Shown in pieces: positions 30,188-41,086 of a stretch of 64,000 bases of DNA. A model generated the notes under the pieces. The model ran no database searches, was not told the DNA's origin, and saw nothing but the letters and a program-made list of their open reading frames with translations. Made by a program: the position numbers and the translations under genes. Within the stretch, counting starts at the first letter, position 1. Every line of letters begins with the position of its first letter. Location of the stretch: positions 124,001 to 188,000 of the forward strand of contig BROI01000015.1 of the NCBI GenBank assembly GCA_027923505.1, written 5' to 3'. Source of the DNA: Mayamaea pseudoterrestris (taxonomy: Eukaryota).

Positions 30188-33100
30188 CTATTTGTTCTTG
30201 CCTTTCTTCTTCTTGCTTGCCTTGCCCTTTTTTGAAGACGAAGCTGCCTCGGCTGCCAAAAGGTCAGCCGCAATTGCTTCCGCCTTTGCTTCTTCTTCTA
30301 CCAACTTGATCGCATGTAAGCTGCGGCTGCCTCGTTCGGCAGCAGACTTGGCATAGCTCGTCAACTCGGCTTTACTTTCTTTTGTCCAGGTGTGTTTATT
30401 GCCAAGAAACGCGCCGAGAAAGTCATACGCTTTCGTTTCCCACTTCACGGCATCCTCGTAGTTTCCAGCCTGCGCGAGTGCCTTTGCAAACTGCTTTGCG
30501 GTAACGCCCTCGTTAAATCGATCAGAGGAGTCACGTTTCAATGCTTCTTCGTAACACCTTAATGCAGAATTTAGATACTGACCGTCGTATTCAGGGATTG
30601 AATATATACCTCCTAGTTTAGAAAGCGAACTGAAGCATTCGAAATGATTGGCACCCGCCATTGTCTCGTGTAGATACATAGCGGCTCGCAGATGCTTGAC
30701 CGCTCGATCCAAATTTCTTGCGCTGTAATGCACATGAAAGAGATTCAAGTGCGAAGCCACCACGTTAACGCTATCAAACCCTCCTGTTTGGATAGTTAAG
30801 CTTAGCGCTTTGTCCCCATGTGCAATAGCCAGCGGCAAATCACCAGCTTCGTGAAAAATAGTTGCCATGAGCTCTACCGCTTCTACTACGCCAGGATGAT
30901 TGGGAGTTTCAGTCACTCGCTGAAACAACGTGCAAGCCTCTTGAGCAAGTTCTAAGCCTCTACTTAGCTCGCGAGCGCCCGTCTGAGCGTGTGCGCGCTC
31001 TAATGCAGCGCGCGCATCCTGAAGTGATATTTGAAGGGGTGGAAGCGTAACCGGCCACGCAGAACATGGGGAGAATCCCTCGTTGAATGCTGCCGTGTGT
31101 TTCACCAAGGGGATAATGTCTACAACGTCAACAGGGGATATCGGGTATGACCTGGCCAATTGTCCGCCGTGCGTATCTCCTCCGCTACACAAGCACTTGG
31201 CACCTAGGTCGTAATTCCTGGTAATCAATCGAACGCCCGTTCGCTGGCATACTCGACGCAGCAGCGCCGTGTACCGAGCCCTTCTGGATCGGTTTCCAGA
31301 ATTGTAGAGGGTGAGGGTGTACCTAAAGCGTCGGGCCACCTCAACTTCAATATCCGCCCATACCTCACTACGAGTGCGAACAGGTATTAGCATTGCATCA
31401 CCTCCACCGCCAAGTCCACTTATTGTTAATGATGCAAAATCGTCATCATCAGGCTCTTCAGACTGACGCTTGCTAAGGCGCGCTTCAGTCTGAGCAGCAG
31501 ACTCTTCGGCCTCAGATACTAACGCACTCAGGAACGATGCAATTGTTTGAGCAGGCTGCGCAATAGCGACATTGCCGCACTCTTGCAAATACCCATCAAG
31601 CACATGCTTGGCAGCTCGGGCGACCATTTCACATTCAAGAAGTTCCAGCCAATATTTTGATAAAGTTTTCCTTGGCATTCCCGACATTACTTTTCTATCC
31701 TGTATTGCTGCAGTCACCTTCGAATCCTGGGTCTCTTGTTCGAGCGACATAACGGCCAACTGGCCAAGGTATCTACAGTTAACCCCATTGCGGTGCAAGA
31801 ACTCAGTCAGCGTTTTGCCATCCGCGGGTAGCTGCACTGATCCCTCAATAACAGTTTGAATTATCTTCGGCAATACCTCGCCCCAAAGAAAATTTGCGGC
31901 GTCTCGAGCCCTTTCCTCGTCAGCCGCGATCAACTCAGCCGCGTGTTGATCGGTTCCTTTGAATGATTTGACTGCAGGAAGGAAGACATTGACGTTGAAC
32001 CGTATACTTTGGATGTATGCCACATCGTCTTCCGTTAAAACAAACTCGTGCTTTCCATTTTCCGTGAGGTCCTTTCCGTCAGCAGAACCGTTCGACGCGC
32101 CGTCGGTCACCGCCTCCGCAGCATCACTCTCCAAGAGATTTCCAGCAAGTTGCAAACTCTTCGCATCAATCTCCTTCGCATGACGCTCGCGTAAATACTT
32201 AGATATCAGCATTTGCGAGTAACGATGTACAAGCTCTGGTCGGAGAACACACAAAGCCCACTCGTCGTCCTCGAGGGATGCAGGGATGAGCCGAGATACC
32301 TTGCCGTTTCCCGTTCTTGTGTTCTCAAATTTTCCAGTTCCTCCCACTGACTTTGGTAACCAATTCGCATCCCTCGGCGTAAAGCGACCTATGTCAAGCA
32401 CGTAATGGCGCTGGTCGCTTCCCATGATGCCTTTCGCTTCGAGCGGTAAACAAGTAGGCATTGTTTCATTTGGTTCTAATACTTCCTTCTCCGGTGTCGG
32501 CAAAAAAATTCCTGGCACAAGAGGTGGCATGTCTCTCTTTGCTGCTTCAATTTCCGATAAACGGCTTTCAGTCAACGGCTCTCGAAACACAGGCCGCGAG
32601 GACAACATCATTGGTCCCGCTATTTTCTCCTCCAAGACGCTTTGTAGATCATCGCTTCGTCTCAAAGGAAATGTTGACTCAACTGCGCCAAGTATGAGCG
32701 TATGAGATTTATCGCCGACAAGAATGCCCGGAAGTACGCTCTGGCAAACGTAGCGCATGCCAAAATAATCAATTAGAACAGTGGCGAGTGTTGAAATACC
32801 GGTGCTCTCTAGTCGGTACAAGGCCTGATTGCACTGAATATCTCGATTCGCCTGCTTACGAGCTGCTTTGTCGCCTGTATGCAGCTTGAAAGTATCGGGT
32901 CCAGCATCGACAGCACGCGAAAAGAATATGTTGTTGTGAAGGTAAACCTGGGTTCGCATGCTTTCGTTCGGATTCATCGGGGCAATCTGGCCATCTGCAA
33001 TCGCCTTAACTCCCAACACAGAAGCCTCGCCAAATTCCGCCATGAGTTTGTACAACAGCCGGGCACGCTCAATGCGCTCGATTTGTGTTGAAGTAGGCAT

Positions 33101-34621
33101 TTCCCTCGCCAGCTGAAATTCCTCGTTCCAGTCTCGACTGCCGCCACTACGAAGGTCGATGCCAAACGACTTCATTAGGTCTTCCTCCATCCTAGCCACT
33201 TGATACGGATGCAAGTGATTCAGAGACCAGAATGCCGTTTCTTCGGACGAATTTATACGCGGCACAGGAACCAACCACGATGGAGATTGGACAGTAGCAT
33301 CGAACGATTGAATCGCGGAGGCTGCCGCCGCTGAAGTCGACAAACCTCCAAAATCACCACGCACGGCGACGCGGAAGAGCGATAGGTGAGGCCGAGCAAG
33401 GTTAAGATCTCGATTTAGCTCCGCCCTCTCCTTTGACGCGATCAAAGCCTTTTCCCAGGCTCTGCTGAATATCGTCGACGCTTGCAAGAGACAGTCCAGC
33501 AAAGCATGAGAATAGCACGGATTCGAATTAGGGGACGGATCAAAATAATATTTGCCATTCTCTGTCGTCGACTGATTAATATAAAAGCCATTTACTGTCG
33601 CCGTGATGTGGAGGACGGGCGTATCGGGCATGGCAAATTCATAGTATGCAAGATCGCCAATCCATTTTCGCGAAGCAGGCGGCGGATGGAAACCACTATG
33701 GCGAATTTGACACTTAACCAAGCACTGTTCGTCGAGCTGGTTCCAACGAGGGATCTTTTCACGCAGATCCTGTTCCTCTGATATCACAGGAGAATCGTCT
33801 GTCGTAGCAGAGACGTTCTTTCCCTTCTTTTTCTTTTTTAAAGCCTTGGAAGTAGCGGCTGTATCAGATTTGTCATGGTACAACTTCCGATCCTCACCAC
33901 AAACAAGATAATAATAGTCTTTCAGATTGTCGCTTTTCCATTCCAGAAAGTCGGGTAGGGCTGGCAGGGGTTTCTTCGGCTGTTCCTTTCCATCGGACAA
34001 AGGTTCGTCCTTTTCCGTCTCGACAACGGGTTCGTTTTTCGGTAACTCATCGCTACTAACGAGCTCAACGATACAAGGAGCACTCCCTTGCAACAACGAT
34101 CGCAATCTCAACACGTGTTCAAACACTGTTGCTGCATCGTACCTCAGCAGCACAATGCCAAAGGCAATGCCGTCCCGAAGAACACCAGCCGACGAAACGT
34201 CGCCATACTCATCCAACGCTAGTGTCTGATTGATCGAATTTGTTTTATCCTTCTCATATGCCTTGATTCCTGCTGGCAAAGAAATGACAGCATCCTTGCC
34301 CGTGTAGGGGGAAATGAGTTCGGCCTTCCAGGGAATCGTATCGCTTGGAGCATCGCGCTCCAGCTCAAAGCGGTAGTTTGTTATGTGAGCAAGGCCAACC
34401 ACTTCAGCTAGCGCAGCCTTAACAGCATGAACTAGCTCATCAGCTCGAACAGGGGGAAGCGCAAGCACAGGCACCGCAGTTGTTGGCTTGGTTTGTTGCC
34501 GAGGAGGCAGAATCATGAGGCCTTTCACAGCGGACGCGTCTTCCGCCAATTCCACCTCGCCGTTTGTCTCCTCATTGGCCATTGGCGTGTTAACGGGCTG
34601 CTCATCTCCGGCTTCGGACAT
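30188..34621 (-). CDS. CLUH: Clustered mitochondria protein (CLU/CLUH)
   Basis: SGFHPPP..RK..GDL.Y, RDWNEEFQ, CQSVLPGIL, EAKGIMGSDQRHYVLD, HRNGVNCRYLG, EMVARAAKH, C-terminal TPRs. Likely start MSEAG at 34621. Confidence 0.93.
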   Translation of the reverse strand: MSEAGDEQPVNTPMANEETNGEVELAEDASAVKGLMILPPRQQTKPTTAVPVLALPPVRADELVHAVKAALAEVVGLAHITNYRFELERDAPSDTIPWKAELISPYTGKDAVISLPAGIKAYEKDKTNSINQTLALDEYGDVSSAGVLRDGIAFGIVLLRYDAATVFEHVLRLRSLLQGSAPCIVELVSSDELPKNEPVVETEKDEPLSDGKEQPKKPLPALPDFLEWKSDNLKDYYYLVCGEDRKLYHDKSDTAATSKALKKKKKGKNVSATTDDSPVISEEQDLREKIPRWNQLDEQCLVKCQIRHSGFHPPPASRKWIGDLAYYEFAMPDTPVLHITATVNGFYINQSTTENGKYYFDPSPNSNPCYSHALLDCLLQASTIFSRAWEKALIASKERAELNRDLNLARPHLSLFRVAVRGDFGGLSTSAAAASAIQSFDATVQSPSWLVPVPRINSSEETAFWSLNHLHPYQVARMEEDLMKSFGIDLRSGGSRDWNEEFQLAREMPTSTQIERIERARLLYKLMAEFGEASVLGVKAIADGQIAPMNPNESMRTQVYLHNNIFFSRAVDAGPDTFKLHTGDKAARKQANRDIQCNQALYRLESTGISTLATVLIDYFGMRYVCQSVLPGILVGDKSHTLILGAVESTFPLRRSDDLQSVLEEKIAGPMMLSSRPVFREPLTESRLSEIEAAKRDMPPLVPGIFLPTPEKEVLEPNETMPTCLPLEAKGIMGSDQRHYVLDIGRFTPRDANWLPKSVGGTGKFENTRTGNGKVSRLIPASLEDDEWALCVLRPELVHRYSQMLISKYLRERHAKEIDAKSLQLAGNLLESDAAEAVTDGASNGSADGKDLTENGKHEFVLTEDDVAYIQSIRFNVNVFLPAVKSFKGTDQHAAELIAADEERARDAANFLWGEVLPKIIQTVIEGSVQLPADGKTLTEFLHRNGVNCRYLGQLAVMSLEQETQDSKVTAAIQDRKVMSGMPRKTLSKYWLELLECEMVARAAKHVLDGYLQECGNVAIAQPAQTIASFLSALVSEAEESAAQTEARLSKRQSEEPDDDDFASLTISGLGGGGDAMLIPVRTRSEVWADIEVEVARRFRYTLTLYNSGNRSRRARYTALLRRVCQRTGVRLITRNYDLGAKCLCSGGDTHGGQLARSYPISPVDVVDIIPLVKHTAAFNEGFSPCSAWPVTLPPLQISLQDARAALERAHAQTGARELSRGLELAQEACTLFQRVTETPNHPGVVEAVELMATIFHEAGDLPLAIAHGDKALSLTIQTGGFDSVNVVASHLNLFHVHYSARNLDRAVKHLRAAMYLHETMAGANHFECFSSLSKLGGIYSIPEYDGQYLNSALRCYEEALKRDSSDRFNEGVTAKQFAKALAQAGNYEDAVKWETKAYDFLGAFLGNKHTWTKESKAELTSYAKSAAERGSRSLHAIKLVEEEAKAEAIAADLLAAEAASSSKKGKASKKKKGKNK

Positions 34622-34899
34622 GGTTACAATTATGCTTGTTGGCAGTGGCGGAATAAGTGGTTCTTGCTCTGTGATGGTAATGTACACTTTCGAAGGATCC
34701 AAAAAGTGGTTGGAACGAATTGTGTGAGTGAGAACGAATCGAATGGCGGGTGACGGCCAGGCGGATCGACTTGCGCATGAATGAATTGATGATGCAGTCA
34801 CGTATGACGAGAAGATACCTTTCCGCCAAACCGTTTCCGCATTTTTTCGACAACGACGATGGACTTTGCTATCATCAGCTTGCGATTACAGAGAGCACT

Positions 34900-35950
34900 A
34901 TGATTCGAACAGTGGCAGCAATTGCGATAAGCTTGGCCGGAATTCTTGTCCTGCCTGTCCAAGCTGAAGTGGTATGTGTTTTCACTTGCTTACGTTCGTG
35001 TTCAGCGAAAGTAGTGCAGGCACCTTTGCTCTTGCTCGCACCTCATCGTGATCGTCCTCTGACCCACCTTAATTGCATCAAAACAGATCATGGAAGCGAG
35101 TGCTGTTATGGAAATGAGCTGGTCAGCATCACCTGTAAAAGATCTATCTACAGAAGAAGTTTACCAATTCAGTCGCGAAATGGCTCAGTTTTTATTGAAG
35201 AGCCTCTCCCAAGACGAGCAAGCAGCTTCGCTAGGTCCTGATAATTTCCCCTTTAAGGTGGATGTAGACATTCGCGAGCAGATTCAGAGCAATACTGAAC
35301 TTCGCCAGACAGTCGAAGCAGTGGTAACATGTCTTTACACTTCAGAAGGCATGCAGGTCGACCTGGACACCGTTTTGATGCGTTACGCCGATCCTTCTCA
35401 ACTTCCATATAGCGACGCAGAGCTTTCCTTCCGACCCTACAAGGAGGCCTACGTGCTCACAAGCTCAGCACAAGGGCCTACAAAAGCGGATCTTGGTTTA
35501 ATAGTTGCGACATGCTTCTTGACGGTCATGCTTGTGGTTGTTTCAGCCGTGCTTCTGCACGTAACCGGCGGATGGGACATTTGTCACCAAAAGCTCTCCA
35601 ACTGCTGTTTCGAGGAAGTTGACGATGACTACCCAATCGACAACAAGGGAACTTTTCAAGTCGAAGATGCATACGACGAAAACGACAATGCCAGCATTGA
35701 AACTGGAATTATTACAGCAACTGGATCTGGCGTACTCGGTGCACAAGTACATTTGAATCATTCAAGCACTGGCCTTGGCGTTCAAACTCCCGCTCGATCC
35801 ATGACGGAAGATGAAACAGCGACTCCTATGTCGACAAGTCAGCCGTTGGGCATTATGAGCATGCGAAAGATGCACCCAGACTCGCCAGACGACAAGGGTG
35901 GGCTCACCAATATGATCATGAACAGAATCATGCCCTACTCGAACAAGTAA
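34900..35950 (+). CDS. Type I membrane protein of unknown function; exons 34900-34971 and 35087-35950
   Basis: Signal peptide MIRTVAAIAISLAGILVLPVQA. Intron 34972-35086 (GTATGT...AACAG) is in frame. One TM (LGLIVATCFLTVMLVVVSAVLL), Cys cluster, acidic cytosolic tail. Confidence 0.75.
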
Positions 35951-36027
35951 CCATAGCACATATCTTTATACACGCCTATCAAAACTTTTATGGAATAAAC
36001 TGATAGTTACATTATCGGGTCCTGTTA

Positions 36028-38586
36028 CTACCCATGCATGTGCGTATCGGTTTCAGATGGTGGACTGGATCGGCCGCCCTTCATCTCCGACTTTGTCCAT
36101 TCAGGAGCTTCTCCAGGTACATTAGCGGAAATCGCACCGAAAAATTCCTCCGCTGCACGACCGTCTCGTAGCATAAGTAGAGATGCCAATCTGGCAATGA
36201 CAAGTTTCATTCCAAAGACAATCCGTTCGCATTCGTCAGGTGTTTGTGCCTCGAACACTAGAGTATCAGATTGTGTCTCAATAAGAAATGATCTCCGAGC
36301 CACCGCAAAAGGATGGCGTTGTCGATCGATAGTGTCAGCCGTGTGTATCCGGCATATATCCAGCAAGTCAAGCTTTTGCGGATCAGTTTGCTCTGTTCGT
36401 CGTTTAGTTGCTGATTGGCTCTCGTACTTCATCCAGGAAAGTTTTGGAAGAATGAATGTGCCGTCAATTAAGCATACACCTGACTCAATCCACATTTTTA
36501 CGCATGCAGGCGATCGGCTTGGTTCATTACTGCGCTGCGTTGGATGCCCAATGAGCGTCAGTCGCTCGTTCGTCATTTGCTGGACTATCTGAACAATTGT
36601 ATCTTCGTCCAGTTTGCGACTGACTCTCCTATTCGACCCTTTCACCTTCTCAAAACCTGGTCCACTCAGCGCACGGACTGGTAGTGCTGTATCTGTTCGA
36701 CGTCTGCGGTCAACGATCACTTGGCGCGGATCTTTGCGAGACTTCGGTCTTGTATCTTCTGGATCACTGTCGTAGAAGGCGACATCTTCTTCATCTTCTG
36801 GTTCTGCCTGAGCCGAAATCATCATCTTGCCAACAACATGCTTTAGCAGGGCAGAAGAGTGAAACTGATCGGCAACTTTCTTTTCAAGCGACTTGCTCTT
36901 GAGCATTCGGGCATCATCAAACGATTGCGTCGTTTGCAAAGAAACCCGTTCCTTGGAAGCTTTTAGCGCAGCAGCAAAGGTCATTTCTTGACGAAGGTTA
37001 CGCAACCGATCGCATTGTGCGTTCAAGACACTAGCTCGATTACGTATTCTACTTTGCGACGTGTTACTGCTGTATTCAGTTGCGCCTCCCTCCGTCCCTT
37101 GAGAGTTCCATACATCGGCCTCTGACAAGTAGGAGAGAACGGCAGAAGGTGCACCCAACGCTGATGCAATGTATTCCTCAATTAACAGACGCTGCTCTTC
37201 CGTGATTCCCGAAACGGTGCATATATTGGCCTCCGCTTGCTTTAAAACAAAAATTCCAGCGCAGCTATCAGCTATGTCCTTTAATGCCAAGGTGCATATG
37301 TCATCGGCGCACCATGCGCTGGCAATCTGTTTGGATCCTTTACATTCGCTCAAGATATCATCCGCATTTCCTGGTAAAGTAGGACATCCATTCAAATCAG
37401 TTTGAGACAAAGTTCGGCGACGCAATTCGTCAAGCCTTGGAGTTAAAACTGTCGAATCGTCCAGGTCCACAAGATCAATAATCAGGCTTGCCTCTGTGTC
37501 CCCAAATTGCCCATTGTGTAATCTCGTTGTACGACGCGGCGAGAACTGTCCTTCCTTCGCAAGATGTTCTTCCAAGGAAGGACTGCACACAATTGGCTGG
37601 TCCCTCGTGCCTACGTCAACATCATCTGTCACCTCATAACTTTCAATCTCCTCCTCGGTGCGACTTCTTCCTATGTCAGCATGTGCTTGTTCTAGAACGA
37701 TCATGAGGGTAGCAACAATAATTTCACGCTCAATGGGTGAGGCAGCTTCAAAGTCATAGTATGTGTGCCCCTTTTCGAGCCCAGAATCAAGGACGAGACT
37801 AAATGATTGGAGCTGGTTCCTCGGCCGTCGAGACTTGCGATCAATTTCGAGTCGGAGAATCCTGGCTATGGGAAGCTCTTGCCAAAAGTTAATCACATCC
37901 TCCATCTTATTTTCTTCTTCGTAACCACGAAGGCACAATCGATTCCGTCCAGAGTCGAGATACAGCAGAACTTCTTCGGATATCGTGCCCGAGTAACCGT
38001 AAAGTTTTACGCGAAAACCATCCTTGAGGCGCATCAAAAGGCCCTCTATCGAGCCCGACGCCGATCGCTTTATTTCATCATGCGCATGATATCGAACTTG
38101 TGAATCGCATGAAACATCTTGCAAGGCTCGGTCAGCCCCAATACCATTGCACAAGGGAATGAGAGTGACTGGACTTGGCGCTAGGTGCTGGTGCTGTCCT
38201 TTTCCTCCCTTCATTCGCAACTTCCTCGATGCAGCCGTACCAGTGGTTGACGCCGTAGTCGACGACACATTGCTAATTGATGACTGATATTTTGGTCGCT
38301 CGTGATTTGGCATCACTGACAGGTCTCGTCCTTGACAGACATCGTCGCGCTGCTCACTACGTTCAGCGTCGTACGCTAGTCGCTCCTCAATCACATCCAG
38401 TGGATACTTTCTTAATTCCGTCATGAGCGGCGCTTCTTCCGAAAGTACTGTATCAAGTCCTTCCTCCGAAAAGACTAGACCAAGATGAGGTCCTTCATCC
38501 TTCACGCAAGGTCCACATTGAAACGAAGCGTGTGCTGGCTTCGTATCTTGCACTTGTTGCTCGTAGTCGGCTCCACAAAAATTCAT
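36028..38586 (-). CDS. Large hypothetical protein with two PH-like domains
   Basis: 852-aa ORF. LPIARILRL...FSLV...DFEA....R and LDLLDICRI...FLIET...LVFEAQT..E....V.G are PH-like segments. Confidence 0.7.
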   Translation of the reverse strand: MNFCGADYEQQVQDTKPAHASFQCGPCVKDEGPHLGLVFSEEGLDTVLSEEAPLMTELRKYPLDVIEERLAYDAERSEQRDDVCQGRDLSVMPNHERPKYQSSISNVSSTTASTTGTAASRKLRMKGGKGQHQHLAPSPVTLIPLCNGIGADRALQDVSCDSQVRYHAHDEIKRSASGSIEGLLMRLKDGFRVKLYGYSGTISEEVLLYLDSGRNRLCLRGYEEENKMEDVINFWQELPIARILRLEIDRKSRRPRNQLQSFSLVLDSGLEKGHTYYDFEAASPIEREIIVATLMIVLEQAHADIGRSRTEEEIESYEVTDDVDVGTRDQPIVCSPSLEEHLAKEGQFSPRRTTRLHNGQFGDTEASLIIDLVDLDDSTVLTPRLDELRRRTLSQTDLNGCPTLPGNADDILSECKGSKQIASAWCADDICTLALKDIADSCAGIFVLKQAEANICTVSGITEEQRLLIEEYIASALGAPSAVLSYLSEADVWNSQGTEGGATEYSSNTSQSRIRNRASVLNAQCDRLRNLRQEMTFAAALKASKERVSLQTTQSFDDARMLKSKSLEKKVADQFHSSALLKHVVGKMMISAQAEPEDEEDVAFYDSDPEDTRPKSRKDPRQVIVDRRRRTDTALPVRALSGPGFEKVKGSNRRVSRKLDEDTIVQIVQQMTNERLTLIGHPTQRSNEPSRSPACVKMWIESGVCLIDGTFILPKLSWMKYESQSATKRRTEQTDPQKLDLLDICRIHTADTIDRQRHPFAVARRSFLIETQSDTLVFEAQTPDECERIVFGMKLVIARLASLLMLRDGRAAEEFFGAISANVPGEAPEWTKSEMKGGRSSPPSETDTHMHG

Positions 38587-39021
38587 GATGGTTCAGCAAT
38601 TGTGATAATAATTAGCTTTTCTCTAAAGCCTGCGCTTGGCACCGAAGCCGCTGTGCTGTACGTACTGTTACATGTAGTCGAGCGTCGGTGAAGGACAGCG
38701 AGCCTTGGGGGTTTCTCAACATCCACACAGAAAAGCTGGTTTCGAGCTTGGCGAATAAGATACGCGAAATTACCCGCCCGGCGCTTGTTGCACGGTTAAA
38801 TAGAGGTTCATCGCGTAAGTACCGGTACAAACACACAACTTTGGTGTGTGCTGACGCATCTACTATCGACCCCACAGTGATTCAACAAGTGCGCGACAAC
38901 CATGGGAGAACGACCAGATCCGGCCTTGCACCATCGAGTCTGAACCTAACCATGATCAGCTTGTTATTCAAAGCATAACGCATACGCGCACAGACATATA
39001 AGATACTGTCAATTGAGAGGT

Positions 39022-40560
39022 ATGAGGATCTTCACATTTCTCTGGTTCTTTCAGTCGAGCTATCTTGTCACGGAAGTGAAAGGATTCGTCGCAACAAGCA
39101 GCTCATATGCGCCAACACGGCAGCCTTGGTTGACCATCGATAGAGCCGAAAGCAGCGAATCAACGTTGGCCGCTTTTCTTGGATCACAAAATCTGGCTGA
39201 AGGGCCTTTGAACTCAGTACCGACGAGTATCACCCTGAGCTTTAATTTGCATTCTTCCATTGATGATATTCCTGCCTTTGAGTGGGATGCTTGTCTGACG
39301 AAGGAGTCTTCTCCATTTGTACAACACTCCTGGCTAAGATGCATGGAGCAATCTGGATGTGCCGCGCCAGATAAGGGATGGGTAGCTCAGCATCTTTCAA
39401 TCCAAGTGAATGGACAGACCCAAGGCTACGTCCCATTGTACATCAAGGGGAACTCGCTTGGAGAGTTCATCTTCGACCAGCAATTTGCGGAAGCCGCCTA
39501 CGACAATGGCATTCAGTATTACCCAAAATTGCTTGTCGGAGTTCCCTTCACTCCGGCGACTGGTCAAAGAATATTGTGGAAACCCTTTGTGTATGAGACT
39601 CTTGCGTCGGATTCACGCACCATGAAGGCGCTACGGCGAGCCGTTGGTCAATTTCTTAAAGAGATCGCTTTGTCGAACGACATTTCATCGGTTCACATCA
39701 ATTTTTTACGCGACGAAGAAGCGACTGATCTAACTGTTCCGCTCGAATGCTTGACTGCCAGCGATGGCTCTGTATCTAGCTCCTTCCTCGACCGATTGAT
39801 CGGTAAGCCGGTTGAAGATACGTACATGCGACGAACGTCCCTTCAATATCACTGGATCAATAGCAATGTCAAGAATGAGGGGGAATTATTTCGCGACTTT
39901 GATGACTACCTCAGTTGCTTTAAAAGCAAACGCCGGATTACTGTCAAGCGCGAGCGCTGCTCGGTCTTGGAGGAGTCAAGCATTCGTGTTGATCCGATTG
40001 TCGGTCGAGAGATACTCAAGTACAACGGACTTGTGGAGCGCATGTTTGAAATTTACCTGTCGACCATCGATAAAATGGTATGGGGGCGGCAATACTTGAC
40101 GGTGGAGTTTTTCCAAATGCTTGCGAAATCGGACTTTATCGACAACTTGTGCTTTATGTGTGCGCGACGAGCTGACTCTGGCGATGAGCTACAAGCAAAA
40201 CATGTCTTTGCTGGCACATTTAATATTATTAAAGACAAAGTATTCTACGGACGCTATTGGGGTTGTTTGCCGGAATATGACGTGAAGAATCTCCACTTTG
40301 AGGTGTGCTACTGGTCGGCCATTGACTACTGCATAAAAAATGGACTGAAACGAATGGAACCTGGCGCTGGTGGTGGCGACTACAAGTGGGCTCGTGGGTT
40401 CGATCCATCATTGATTCATTCAGTCCACTATATATGCCACCCTGGGCTTCGAAGAGCGGTGGGCAGGTTTCTCGATTACGAGACAGAAAATAACGTTGAG
40501 CTTACGCAGTACTTATTGGAAAGGAGTGCTGTCGGGAGCAACAGAACGGCCACGGATTGA
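39022..40560 (+). CDS. FemAB-like (DUF482) GNAT acyltransferase, plastid-targeted
   Basis: PF..H.WL..ME.SG, PLYIKGNSLGEFIFD, YYPKLLVGVPFTPATGQR, YGRYWG, LHFEVCYW, EPGAGG..K..RGF.P. Signal + VKGF motif. Confidence 0.9.
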   Translation: MRIFTFLWFFQSSYLVTEVKGFVATSSSYAPTRQPWLTIDRAESSESTLAAFLGSQNLAEGPLNSVPTSITLSFNLHSSIDDIPAFEWDACLTKESSPFVQHSWLRCMEQSGCAAPDKGWVAQHLSIQVNGQTQGYVPLYIKGNSLGEFIFDQQFAEAAYDNGIQYYPKLLVGVPFTPATGQRILWKPFVYETLASDSRTMKALRRAVGQFLKEIALSNDISSVHINFLRDEEATDLTVPLECLTASDGSVSSSFLDRLIGKPVEDTYMRRTSLQYHWINSNVKNEGELFRDFDDYLSCFKSKRRITVKRERCSVLEESSIRVDPIVGREILKYNGLVERMFEIYLSTIDKMVWGRQYLTVEFFQMLAKSDFIDNLCFMCARRADSGDELQAKHVFAGTFNIIKDKVFYGRYWGCLPEYDVKNLHFEVCYWSAIDYCIKNGLKRMEPGAGGGDYKWARGFDPSLIHSVHYICHPGLRRAVGRFLDYETENNVELTQYLLERSAVGSNRTATD

Positions 40561-41086
40561 ACTACGATTTGCAGCATTCTGTGTGGTTTGAGCACATGCA
40601 AGTTCAGTCGTCCGTTTCGGGATCGCATACAAGCTGCCACTGGCGTCGTCAACAAAAACCCACTCGATCTTTCGCGACTCAGGCAAAGCGGACACCATCG
40701 GACGGCACTGGCATTGTTTTGTCGAGTCTACCCTGCTAGTGTTCACACTATCAGAGCGCATTGGGGGAGAGGTGCGTGCGTATCTGCTGGTGATTGGTAT
40801 CTGCAATGCGACTAATAACGACAAGCTATGGCTCGCTATATTGTGCCACGGTGAGCAAACAGTGCCGTCTTAACGCGGGAAGTCGTCGATAGGTTTAAAT
40901 AAGATTTGACTCAAAGTAGGTGCTGCTTGGCATTCGCTTTGTTTGTAACAAGTCGTAGGAGCAAATCAGCTGCTAGCCTTTTTTGTACCGTTGCGACGCA
41001 TTGATCAATGTATGATTGACTGATTGATGAGCGCGAGACGGTTTGTTCTTTCTCTCGCAGCTTGGCACATCTTATGACCAAGAATC

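Noticed and set aside
40558..40815. In-frame open stretch (84 codons) after the TGA of the DUF482 gene, suggesting readthrough or selenocysteine; also antisense ORF 40513-40824
   Set aside because: The DUF482 domain is complete before the stop, the context TGA-ACT is not a known readthrough motif, no SECIS was recognised and neither peptide resembles a family.
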